64,000 nucleotides of DNA from Candidatus Tectimicrobiota bacterium (GTDB taxonomy: Bacteria; JACPUC01), in NCBI GenBank assembly GCA_016192455.1, contig JACPUC010000017.1, positions 62,001 to 126,000 of the forward strand, written 5' to 3'. Position 1 is the stretch's first letter; each line of letters starts with the position of its first letter. Shown here piece after piece: positions 1-8,820 of this stretch. Both the position numbers and the translations under genes were made by a program. The notes under the pieces were generated by a model, which was not told the origin of the DNA, searched no databases, and saw nothing but the letters and a program-made list of their open reading frames with translations.

Positions 1-313
1 TCAGGTAGTGCGCCGCCACTGCCCGCGCGAGGTCGAGGAGGCCGGCGTCGAGCACCGGCTGCGGCTCCAGGAGGCGGCGGATCGGCTTCACGTCCGCCAC
101 CTCGGTGCTCTCCACAAGTTCCACCACGTAGCCCGTCTCGCGGCGGCGGCCGAAAGGCACCTCGACGAGGCTCCCCGGCGCCACGCACCCCCGCAGCGCG
201 GCGGGAATCGCGTAGGTGTAGAGCTGGTGCAGCGGCGCCGGCACCGCCACGTCGGCGTAGGGAGGCTCATGAGTCGGGGAGGGGGGGGAGGCTGCCTGGC
301 GGGCCACGGCCAT
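1..313 (-). CDS. priA: Primosomal protein N' (N-terminal part, runs off the window edge)
   Basis: Not in the ORF track. Manual translation from ATG 313 (AGGAG upstream): MAVARQ...YADVAVPAPLHQLYTYAIP...GSLVEVPFGRRRETGYVV...VKPIRRLLEPQPVLDAGLLDLARAVAAHYL, the typical PriA 3'-DNA-binding N-terminus. Confidence 0.9.
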   Translation of the reverse strand, partial: MAVARQAASPPSPTHEPPYADVAVPAPLHQLYTYAIPAALRGCVAPGSLVEVPFGRRRETGYVVELVESTEVADVKPIRRLLEPQPVLDAGLLDLARAVAAHYL

Positions 314-514
314 CTCCTGGCGGAGCGTCGCTTCCCGGCGATGCCTGCAACGGGATGCCTGAGGGAGCGGCGGGGGACGACGCCGATTCCGTCCGCGCCT
401 CACGCCCCCCATCGCAGCCACGGCCGGGAATGCCGTTGCCGCCGCGCCGCGGCTGGCGTATGATCAGTCAGCAGGAGCTGAGCGCGCAGGCAGGGGCCGC
501 CCGGAGTTCCAGGC

Positions 515-1585
515 ATGGACGACGCTGAGAAGCAGCTTCGGGACCTTGACGAGAAGCTGGGGGCGCTGCTCAACGAACGGGTGCTCCGGCAGGTGCAGCG
601 CGCCTCGCCGATCGAGGCGCTGGGGCGCGACCTCGAAGCGGGACGCGCCGCCGCCGAGGCCGCGGGCACGGGGTGGTTCCCGAGCGCCTCCCTGCGGCTC
701 CTCTACCAGCACCTCCACGGCGCCGTGCTCGAGCGCCTGAAGGGACTCGTCGTCGCCTACCTCGGCCCGCCCGCCAGCTACACCCACGCCGCGGCGCTGC
801 AGCACTTCGGCTTCGCCGCGCAGTTTGTCCCCCTCACGACCATCGCCGACATCTTCCGCGAGGTCGAGGCGGGGCGCGCCGGTTCCGGCGTGGTGCCGGT
901 TGAGAATACCACGGAAGGGGCGGTCCAACATACCCTCGATACGTTCATCGAGAGCACGCTCGGCATCGGCGCCGAGATCGCCCTGCGCATCTCGCACCAC
1001 CTCCTGTCGCAGTGCGAGCGGCTGGAGGAGGTCGAGCAGCTCTACTCCCACCCGCAGGCGCTGGCCCAGTGCCAGCGCTGGCTCGCCGCCCATGTGCCCG
1101 GCCTGCCCCAAAACCCAACCAGCAGCACCGCCGCCGCCGCCGAACTCTGCCAGAGGGAGCCGCGGGCGGCGGCCATCGCCAGCGGCGAGGCGGCAGCCCT
1201 CTACGGCCTGCGCATCCTGGCGTCGCAGATCGAGGACTTCAGCCAGAACTACACGCGCTTCCTGGTGCTGAGCAGCACCGCTCCGCCTCCCACGGGGCGC
1301 GACAAGACCTCGCTCGTCTGCGGCATTCCCGACCAACCCGGGGCGCTCTACCACACCCTGGAGCTGCTGGCCAGCGAGAATATCAACATGCAGAAGATTG
1401 AGTCGCGCCCGAGCAGGGCGCGGCCGTGGGAGTATGTCTTCTTCATCGACCTCGAGGGGCATCGTGAGGAAGCGCACGTGTGCCAGGCACTCACCACAAT
1501 GCGCGAACGCTGCAGCTTCCTGAAGGTGCTGGGGTCCTACCCCCAGGCTATCAATGTCGAGCGGAAAGGGACCGGCACGAGATGA
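515..1585 (+). CDS. pheA: Prephenate dehydratase with a degenerate N-terminal chorismate-mutase-like domain and a C-terminal ACT domain
   Basis: VAYLGPPASYT, GVVPVENTTEG, YSHPQALAQC, NYTRFLV, KIESRPS, WEYVFFIDLEGH, KVLGSYP motifs. Confidence 0.95.
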   Translation: MDDAEKQLRDLDEKLGALLNERVLRQVQRASPIEALGRDLEAGRAAAEAAGTGWFPSASLRLLYQHLHGAVLERLKGLVVAYLGPPASYTHAAALQHFGFAAQFVPLTTIADIFREVEAGRAGSGVVPVENTTEGAVQHTLDTFIESTLGIGAEIALRISHHLLSQCERLEEVEQLYSHPQALAQCQRWLAAHVPGLPQNPTSSTAAAAELCQREPRAAAIASGEAAALYGLRILASQIEDFSQNYTRFLVLSSTAPPPTGRDKTSLVCGIPDQPGALYHTLELLASENINMQKIESRPSRARPWEYVFFIDLEGHREEAHVCQALTTMRERCSFLKVLGSYPQAINVERKGTGTR

Positions 1586-2685
1586 CGATCGACGTTCCAG
1601 AGCACATCGCCACCCTCATCCCGTACAGCCCCGGCAAGCCAGTCGAGGAGCTGGAGCGCGAGCTGGGCATCACCAACGTCGTCAAGCTCGCCTCGAACGA
1701 GAACCCCTTCGGTCCTTCGCCGAAAGCCATGGAAGCGGTGCGCCGGGCGGTCTCGCAGGTGCACCGCTACCCGGACGGAGGGAGCTACCACCTCCACCAA
1801 GCCCTGGCTGAGCGCCATGGCTTGGCGCCCGAGCACTTCCTCATCGGCAACGGCTCGAACGAGGTCATCGTCGATATCATCAACACCTACATGCGGGCCG
1901 ACAGGCGCCCGGCCGACCGCGGGGTGACGGGGGAGTATGCCTTCCTCGTCTTCCGCCTGGCCGTGCAGTCGCGCGGCTGCACGCCGGTGATGGTTCCCTT
2001 CCGCGACTATCGCCATGATCCGAAGGCGCTCCTCGCGGCGGTGGATGAGCAGACGCGCTTCGTCTACGTCGACAACCCCAACAACCCCTGCGGCACGTTC
2101 CTGCGGGCGGAGGAGCTGGACGCCCTCATCGCGGCGCTGCCGGAGCATTGCTGGCTGCTCCTCGACGAGGCCTACTTCGAGTACGTGGATGATCCGCGTT
2201 ACCCCGACGGGGTGCGGTACGTCCGCGATGGACGGCGCGTCATCGTGCTGCGCACCTTCTCCAAGGTCTTCGGCCTGGCCGGCCTGCGGGTCGGCTACGC
2301 GATTGCCGACCCGGAGCTCCTCAGCTACGTGAACCGCGTGCGCGATCCCTTCAACGTCAACATGTTAGCGCAGATAGGCGCGTGCGCCGCCTGCACCGAC
2401 ACGGAGCATTTGGAACGCTGCCGACTGGGAACCGCCGCCGGCAAGGCGTGGCTGGCGAGCCGCCTCGGCGAGCTCGGTGTTGACTTCCTCCCCACAGTGA
2501 CCAATTTTTATCTCATACGCGTGGGACACGGTGGAGCGGTCTACGAAGCGCTCCTGCGGGAGGGTGTCATTGTGCGCCCGATGGGAGGGTTCGGGCTGCC
2601 GGAGCACATTCGGGTCACCATCGGCACGCAGGAGGAGAACGCGCGATTCATGGGGGCGCTGCGGCGCGTCCTGAAACGAGCCTGA
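1582..2685 (+). CDS. hisC: Histidinol-phosphate aminotransferase
   Basis: KLASNENP, GNGSNE, NPNNPCG, LDEAYFEY, RTFSKVFGLAGLRVGY. The start ATG at 1582 overlaps the pheA stop (ATGA). Confidence 0.95.
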   Translation: MTIDVPEHIATLIPYSPGKPVEELERELGITNVVKLASNENPFGPSPKAMEAVRRAVSQVHRYPDGGSYHLHQALAERHGLAPEHFLIGNGSNEVIVDIINTYMRADRRPADRGVTGEYAFLVFRLAVQSRGCTPVMVPFRDYRHDPKALLAAVDEQTRFVYVDNPNNPCGTFLRAEELDALIAALPEHCWLLLDEAYFEYVDDPRYPDGVRYVRDGRRVIVLRTFSKVFGLAGLRVGYAIADPELLSYVNRVRDPFNVNMLAQIGACAACTDTEHLERCRLGTAAGKAWLASRLGELGVDFLPTVTNFYLIRVGHGGAVYEALLREGVIVRPMGGFGLPEHIRVTIGTQEENARFMGALRRVLKRA

Positions 2686-3093
2686 GAGCCAACGCGCAGC
2701 AGCCCACCCCGCGGGTCTGCCGCATGGTTGCGCGGCGCGTCCCGGATGGTCTGCTGAGCAGGGGCGCTCAAGGTCGAGAACCTGCTGGATCGGGGGAGCT
2801 TTCCGGAACAAAGCGCACCTTCCCCGGTGGAGTTTTTCTTTCGCTGTCGGTTGCCTTGCGGGGGTTCATCCCCGGCACGACGCATTGAGAGTGGAAACGC
2901 CCTGCCCGGTGCGATGGATGCAGAGGTGCGCGGAGAGGAGCTGTGTCGATCTTGATGCCGCGGCACACTTCGCGCAGACTCTCGGCGTGAGCGCACCGCA
3001 CGTGAGCTACGTGGATCGCTCGCGCCCGCGGGAGCGCCGGGTGCATGGCTGTTTCCGAAACCCTCGCGTTGTCATTCCCCAAGAGATCACTGC

Positions 3094-3960
3094 GTGACCT
3101 TCCTCATCGACACACTGGCCATTCTCGGCTTCGGCCTCATTGGCGGCTCGGTGGCGGCGGCCTGCAAGGCCCGCGGCGTGGCGCGCCGCGTCATTGCCGT
3201 GGCGCGCTCGCCGCAAACCCTGCGCAGCGCCTACCTGCGCGGCTTCGCCGACGTGACGACGACGAAACCGACGGAGGCGGTCCAGGAAGCCGACATGGTG
3301 ATGCTGGCGACGCCGATCGGCGCCATGGTCGGCCTCGTCGAACGGGTCGCGCCGTACGCCGCGCGCGGCACCATCTTCACCGATGTTGGCAGCGTGAAGG
3401 CATCCCTCATCGAGGCCGTCGAGGAGGTGCTGCCGGGAACGCTCCCCTTTGTCGGCGCGCATCCCCTGGCCGGCAAGGAGAAGTCGGGCGTGGATGCGGC
3501 AAGCGCCGACCTCTTCGAGGGGCGCAAATGTATCGTCACCCCCGGCAGCCTGTCGACGGCGAGCGCCGTCGAACGCGTGGTTGACCTCTGGGAGTCCCTC
3601 GGCGCCGAGGTCGTCTTCTTCTCCCCCGCCGAGCATGATCGCATGGTCGCCGCCATCAGCCATCTGCCCCAGGTGCTGGCAAGCACCCTGGTGCACGCCG
3701 CGGCGTCCACCCGCACGAGCACCGGCCCCGCCCTGGCCTACGCCGCCTCCGGGTTCCGCGACGTGAGCCGCATCGCTGCGAGTGATGCGGAGATGTGGCG
3801 GGACATCTGCCTAGCCAACCGCGAAGCGATCAAAGAGGCGCTGGCGACCTTCGAGACGAAGCTCGCCGAGCTGACCCAGGCCCTGGACGCCGATGACGAG
3901 CGCGGCGTCACCGAGTTCTTCCGTCTCGCCCGCGAGCAACGGGCCCTCTACTTTCCGTAG
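3094..3960 (+). CDS. tyrA: Prephenate/arogenate dehydrogenase
   Basis: GFGLIGGS Rossmann motif, TDVGSVK, HPLAGKEKSG, HDRMVAAISHLP, GFRDVSRIA. Confidence 0.93.
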   Translation: MTFLIDTLAILGFGLIGGSVAAACKARGVARRVIAVARSPQTLRSAYLRGFADVTTTKPTEAVQEADMVMLATPIGAMVGLVERVAPYAARGTIFTDVGSVKASLIEAVEEVLPGTLPFVGAHPLAGKEKSGVDAASADLFEGRKCIVTPGSLSTASAVERVVDLWESLGAEVVFFSPAEHDRMVAAISHLPQVLASTLVHAAASTRTSTGPALAYAASGFRDVSRIAASDAEMWRDICLANREAIKEALATFETKLAELTQALDADDERGVTEFFRLAREQRALYFP

Positions 3961-4120
3961 CCGGCGACGCCCAGGCTCGGGCGAGGAGGGGGGCAAGGCC
4001 GCGGAAGAGGGGAGATCACGCGGTGCCGCGGCACGCCCGCGGGCCGTGGGTCAGGCGTGCCGGCAGGCATGTCTGCCGCGGCGGCCGCCGCTCCGTAATG
4101 TGACCTGTGTCAACACATCC

Positions 4121-4150
4121 TTGACGAAAGTGCTTGCCGTGTGGTACACA
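4121..4150 (+). promoter_or_regulatory. Candidate sigma70 promoter for rpsA
   Basis: TTGACG-18 nt-TACACA, with TG just upstream of the -10 element, in an AT-richer patch before rpsA. Confidence 0.45.
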
Positions 4151-4282
4151 GCACGTGTGAGTTTCATCCCCATGAGCAGGCCGTGAGGCAACGCCATACG
4201 TTCAACGAGCCAGATCCTCCTGGCGTTGAACGAACCGCCTCGGCCGAGCGATGCGCGAAACCCAGAGGAGGTTGAGCCCAGC

Positions 4283-6364
4283 ATGAACGAGCATACTCGG
4301 AATCCTGAATCAGGCAGTCAGCCTGAAACGAACCAGCCGCCGACCGTCGACGTGGGGCCTGTTTCTACGGTGGGGAACGGTGGCGCGGAGCTCCAGCCAG
4401 CGTCTGCCGATTCCTCCCCGGGAACTGCTCGACCTCAGGATCCTGCTGGGCCCTCTCGCGGCGCGGGCGCCGCATCCAACCCGCACTCCTCCAATGCTCT
4501 GAGCCTGGACGCGGCCCCCGTCCTGCAACCGCAGACGCCCGGCCAGGCAGTCGCCACGGGCGCCGGCGGCAGTGAGCAGGCGGCAGGCGGCGAGACCATG
4601 GCGGACATTTATGAAGAGTCCATGAGGCACATCCGCGAGGGTGAGATCATCCGCGGCACCATCATGCAGATCGACAAGGACATGGTGCTGGTGGACATCG
4701 GCTTCAAATCAGAGGGTCTTATCCCAATTGAGGAGTTCCCCAACCATGGCCGCTACCTGAGCGTTGGCGAAGAGGTGGACGTTTACCTCGAAGCCACGGA
4801 AGACAGCGAAGGCCAGGTTGTCCTCTCGAAGGAGAAGGCCAACAAAATCAAGATTTGGGAGACCCTCACGACCGCCTTTGATCAGAACCAGGACGTTGAG
4901 GGCACCGTGGTGGCGCGCATCAAGGGCGGCCTGACGGTGGATGTTGGGCTGAAGGCGTTCCTCCCCGGTTCCCAGGTTGACCTTCGCCCCGTCCGCAACC
5001 TCGACAAGATGATCGGCGAAAAACTGCGCATGAAGATCATCAAGCTGAACCGCAAGCGCGGCAACATCGTGCTGTCGCGGCGGGTCCTGCTTGAGGAAGA
5101 GCGGCAGATCGCCAAGACGGAGACGTTGAAGAAGTTGACCCCCGGAGCCGTCATGGACGGCCAGGTGAAGAACCTCACCGATTACGGCGCCTTCGTGGAC
5201 CTGGGCGGCATCGATGGCTTGCTGCACATCACCGACATGTCCTGGGGGCGGGTGAGCCACCCCAGCGAGCTGGTGAACGTCGGCGACCGCCTCAAGGTCA
5301 TGGTCCTCAACTTCGATCCCAAGACCGAACGCGTCTCCCTCGGGCACAAGCAGCTCATGCCCGATCCATGGACGAATGTGGCGCAGAAGTTCCCCGAAGG
5401 GACGCGGCTGCGCGGCAAGGTCGTCAGCATCGCCAACTATGGGGCCTTCATCGAAATCGAGCCGGGTGTGGAAGGCCTGGTGCACATGTCGGAAATGTCC
5501 TGGACCAAGCGTGTGCGCCACCCCTCGAAGATCGTCAACATCGGCGATAACGTGGAGTGCCAGGTGCTGCGCGTGGAGCCGGAGAAGAAGCGCATCTCCC
5601 TCGGCATGAAGCAGGTGGAGCCGAACCCCTGGGATACGGTGGAGGTGAAGTACCCGGTCGGCAGCCTAGTTGAGGGGAAGGTGCGCAACCTCACCGATTT
5701 CGGCGCCTTCCTGGCCCTCGAGGAGGGCATCGACGGCCTCATCCACATCTCGGACATGTCCTGGACGCAGCGGGTCAAGCACCCCAGCGAGATTCTCAAG
5801 AAAGGCCAGCGGGTGCAAGCTCAGGTGCTCAGCGTGGACAAGGAGAGCGAGCGCCTCTCCCTGGGCCTGAAGCAGCTCGATCCCGATCCCTGGGACCAGG
5901 TAGCCTCGCACTACGTGGTGGGGCAGACCGTGGATGGCGAGGTGGCGAAGATCACCAAGTTCGGGGCCTTTGTGACGCTGCGCGACGGCATCGAGGGTCT
6001 CGTGCATGTCTCCGAGATGAGTCGCACCAAGGTGGCGAATCCCGAAGACGTCCTTGCCGTGGGAGACCGCGTCAAGGCGAAGATCATCAAGCTTGACGCC
6101 GAGAACAAGAAGATCGCCCTCAGCATTCGCGCCTACATGGAGGATGAGGAGATCGTCGATCTGAGCGAAGTCCTCTCGCGTCCCGAGGCGGAGCCCACGA
6201 TCGGTGACGTGCTCGACAAGGAGAACCGCGAGGCGCTGGCGGACCTGGCTCAACGGACGGCGGCCTCGGCGGAGCAGGCAGCACCGGCAAGCCCAGGCGG
6301 CGAAGAGACGGCTGCCGCCGAGGTCTCCGAAGAGTCCGAGGCCAAGCCGGAGGAAGAACGCTAG
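4283..6364 (+). CDS. rpsA: 30S ribosomal protein S1 with long low-complexity N- and C-terminal extensions
   Basis: Six S1 repeats (VDIGFKSEG, FLPGSQVD, DYGAFVDLGGIDGLLHITDMSW and others). GAGGAGG RBS precedes ATG 4283; the exact start is uncertain. Confidence 0.95.
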   Translation: MNEHTRNPESGSQPETNQPPTVDVGPVSTVGNGGAELQPASADSSPGTARPQDPAGPSRGAGAASNPHSSNALSLDAAPVLQPQTPGQAVATGAGGSEQAAGGETMADIYEESMRHIREGEIIRGTIMQIDKDMVLVDIGFKSEGLIPIEEFPNHGRYLSVGEEVDVYLEATEDSEGQVVLSKEKANKIKIWETLTTAFDQNQDVEGTVVARIKGGLTVDVGLKAFLPGSQVDLRPVRNLDKMIGEKLRMKIIKLNRKRGNIVLSRRVLLEEERQIAKTETLKKLTPGAVMDGQVKNLTDYGAFVDLGGIDGLLHITDMSWGRVSHPSELVNVGDRLKVMVLNFDPKTERVSLGHKQLMPDPWTNVAQKFPEGTRLRGKVVSIANYGAFIEIEPGVEGLVHMSEMSWTKRVRHPSKIVNIGDNVECQVLRVEPEKKRISLGMKQVEPNPWDTVEVKYPVGSLVEGKVRNLTDFGAFLALEEGIDGLIHISDMSWTQRVKHPSEILKKGQRVQAQVLSVDKESERLSLGLKQLDPDPWDQVASHYVVGQTVDGEVAKITKFGAFVTLRDGIEGLVHVSEMSRTKVANPEDVLAVGDRVKAKIIKLDAENKKIALSIRAYMEDEEIVDLSEVLSRPEAEPTIGDVLDKENREALADLAQRTAASAEQAAPASPGGEETAAAEVSEESEAKPEEER

Positions 6365-6747
6365 CCCCGCCGGCCACGCGCCAGGCCCCTGATGAGAGAA
6401 ACTCTCGACTGCCAGGCGAACAGTTGAGACCCTAGACTTGGCGCCGTCAAAGCCGGGATGCAGCGAGCAGGACAAGAAACCGAGAGGCCCCAGGGGGGCC
6501 TCTCTGCCATCACGACGCGCGTCTGCGCTGGGACGCGGAGAGGAACACGGGAGACGAACGAGAGGAATCTTCAGGAGGAACGCTGGTAGGGGCAAGGCAG
6601 CCAGGAGGACAGAGTGCAGCCGGAAACGCAGAGGCCTCGCCGCTCGGCCACAGGGCACCGTAAGGAGCTGGCGCACCTCTCTCGACGCCTGGCCATGCAC
6701 CCCGCTGGGGGGAGAGAGGTCGGAGGCGCGCTCATGGGGGAAGCGGG

Positions 6748-7023
6748 ATGACGAAGGCTGAATTGGTGGAACAGGTGGCACAGAACATCAACCTGACGAA
6801 GAAGCAGACCGAAACGATCATCAACACCCTCTTCAAGAGTATCACCGAGGCCTTGCGCGACGGCGACAAGGTGGAGCTGCGGGGCTTCGGCAGCTTCCGG
6901 ATTCGGCAGCGTGATCCCCGGGAGGGACGAAACCCCAAGACCGGTGAGACCGTTCAGATTCCCGCCAAGAAGGTCCCTTTCTTCAAGGCCGGCAAAGAGC
7001 TTCGCGAGATGGTCGATAGTTGA
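6748..7023 (+). CDS. ihfB: Integration host factor beta / HU-family DNA-binding protein
   Basis: MTKAEL...KVELRGFGSF...GRNPKTGE...VPFFKAGKELRE, in the canonical position downstream of rpsA. Confidence 0.85.
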   Translation: MTKAELVEQVAQNINLTKKQTETIINTLFKSITEALRDGDKVELRGFGSFRIRQRDPREGRNPKTGETVQIPAKKVPFFKAGKELREMVDS

Positions 7024-7134
7024 GGCGACGCTGCGGACGCAGCGGGCAGCGTCGCGGCGCCGCGCCCCGCGGACGCTGGAGATCATGCCCGGGAGCGGTA
7101 CGTGGGGCGCACGGGAAATGCAAGCCGCGCAGCT

Positions 7135-8082
7135 ATGACACCTCCAGTCCCGACGATCATCATCATCGGCGCCACCGCCACCGGCAAATCGGAGTTGGGA
7201 GTTCGCCTGGCGGAATCGCTGCGCACCGAGATCATCAACGCCGACTCCCGCCAAATTTACCGCCACCTTGACATCGGCACCGCGAAACCGAGCCCGGCGC
7301 AGCGGCGACGGGTGGTCCACCACCTCATCGACGTGGTGCCCCCGGACGGCATGTACGATGCCGCGCAGTTCGCGCGGCAGGCCCATCGCCTCTGCCAGGA
7401 GGCGCAGGCGCGCCGCACGCTGCCGCTTGTCGTCGGTGGCTGCGGCCTCTACCTCAACGCCCTGGTGAACGGCTTGGCGGACGCCCCGGAGGCATCCCCC
7501 GCGGCGCGCGCCCGCCTCCTTCAGCGCGCCGCCGCGGACGGGCTCGAGGTCCTCTATGACGAGCTGCGGCGCCGTGATCCCCTCTGCGCCGCCGCCGTGC
7601 ATCCTCACGACCGCGTGCGCATCATCCGCGCCCTCGAAGTGTACGAGCAGACGGGCGAGACGATGACCGCCCTCCGCCGCCGGCACGCTCACCAGCCGCC
7701 ACGTCTGCACCCCTGGTTCATCGGCGTGCGCTGCGCCCGCCCCGCCCTCCGCCGGCGCATTGCCGAGCGTGCCCACGACATGGTGCGCCGCGGACTCTTT
7801 GAGGAGGTCGAAGGGCTGGTGGCTCGGGGCTACGACGAACGCTGCCGCCCGCTTCAGGGGTTCAGCTACCAGCACCTCCTCGCCGCGGTGCGCGGCGGCC
7901 TCGACCGGCAGGAGGCCCTCCATCGCCTCATCCGCGACACCCAGCGCTACGCCAAACGTCAGGAAACCTGGTTCCGGCGCCTGTCGAACGTCCAGTGGTT
8001 TGACATCGATGCGTTCAATCCCGACCAGCTCCACGCCGCGGTGGTGGCTTTTCTGCGCCAAGCCGGGGTCTTTGAAGGGTAA
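7135..8082 (+). CDS. miaA: tRNA dimethylallyltransferase
   Basis: GATATGKS, INADSRQIY, DIGTAKP, HHLIDVV, RIIRALEV, TQRYAKRQETWF. Confidence 0.95.
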   Translation: MTPPVPTIIIIGATATGKSELGVRLAESLRTEIINADSRQIYRHLDIGTAKPSPAQRRRVVHHLIDVVPPDGMYDAAQFARQAHRLCQEAQARRTLPLVVGGCGLYLNALVNGLADAPEASPAARARLLQRAAADGLEVLYDELRRRDPLCAAAVHPHDRVRIIRALEVYEQTGETMTALRRRHAHQPPRLHPWFIGVRCARPALRRRIAERAHDMVRRGLFEEVEGLVARGYDERCRPLQGFSYQHLLAAVRGGLDRQEALHRLIRDTQRYAKRQETWFRRLSNVQWFDIDAFNPDQLHAAVVAFLRQAGVFEG

Positions 8083-8093
8083 GGAGGAGAGCC

Positions 8094-8660
8094 ATGGCGC
8101 AACGCCGAGCCGGGCAGCAGCGCATCGCTCCTTACGTGGTGCTCATCGGCTTCAAGGGCTGCGGCAAAACCACGGTTGGACGCCTCCTGGCGGAGCTGCT
8201 GGAACGGCCCTTCCAGGACCTCGACATCCTCCTCGAGGCGACGTACACCGAGCGCTACGGCAGCCAGCGCGGCTTTCGTGAAATCTTCCGCGAGCGGGGC
8301 GAGAACTTCTTCCGCGGCCTCGAGCGCCAGTGTCTTGCCACGGCCATGTCCGGCATCCCCAAGGTTCTGGCATTGGGCGGCGGCACCCCCATCAACTGCC
8401 GCGACGAGCTGGAAGCCGCCGAGCCGAGCGTTACGATCTGTCTCATCTACGTGCGCCCGCAGGTGCTCCTGCAACGCATTCTCGCCAACGGCCTGCCCGC
8501 CTTCTTCGACTCGGCAAACCCGGAGGCGTCCTTCCGCCGCCTCTACCGCCAGCGCCTGCCGCGCTACCGTGGCATCGCCCAGCACGTCGTCGACAACAGC
8601 GACTGCACGCCAAACGAGACGGCGCGCCAGCTCGCCAAGATGATCACGGCGCCCCGCTGA
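8094..8660 (+). CDS. aroK: Shikimate kinase
   Basis: LIGFKGCGKTTVG P-loop, DLD, EIFRERGENFFRGLE, LALGGG. AGGAGG RBS. Confidence 0.85.
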   Translation: MAQRRAGQQRIAPYVVLIGFKGCGKTTVGRLLAELLERPFQDLDILLEATYTERYGSQRGFREIFRERGENFFRGLERQCLATAMSGIPKVLALGGGTPINCRDELEAAEPSVTICLIYVRPQVLLQRILANGLPAFFDSANPEASFRRLYRQRLPRYRGIAQHVVDNSDCTPNETARQLAKMITAPR

Positions 8661-8820
8661 TCCCTGCCCCCCAGCCCACCTGCCGCACGCTGCGTGACAC
8701 CTCATCCCGCCCCGCTCGGCGGCTCGGCCCGTCGCTCGTGGCAACCCTTGCCCACGACCGACCTCCCACCCGAACGAGCGGCAGGCGGCTCCACCGTACC
8801 ACCCTCTTCACCTGCGCCGC

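Noticed and set aside
6389..6410. CTGATGA followed by a GAG-AAA-CTC hairpin, resembling a hammerhead ribozyme core
   Set aside because: No GAAA after stem II and no identifiable stems I/III.
6530..6615. Purine-rich stretch with GGAGAG, TCTTCAGG and AGGACAGAG, reminiscent of a glycine riboswitch
   Set aside because: It lacks the CCGAAG core and pairing, and the downstream gene is ihfB.
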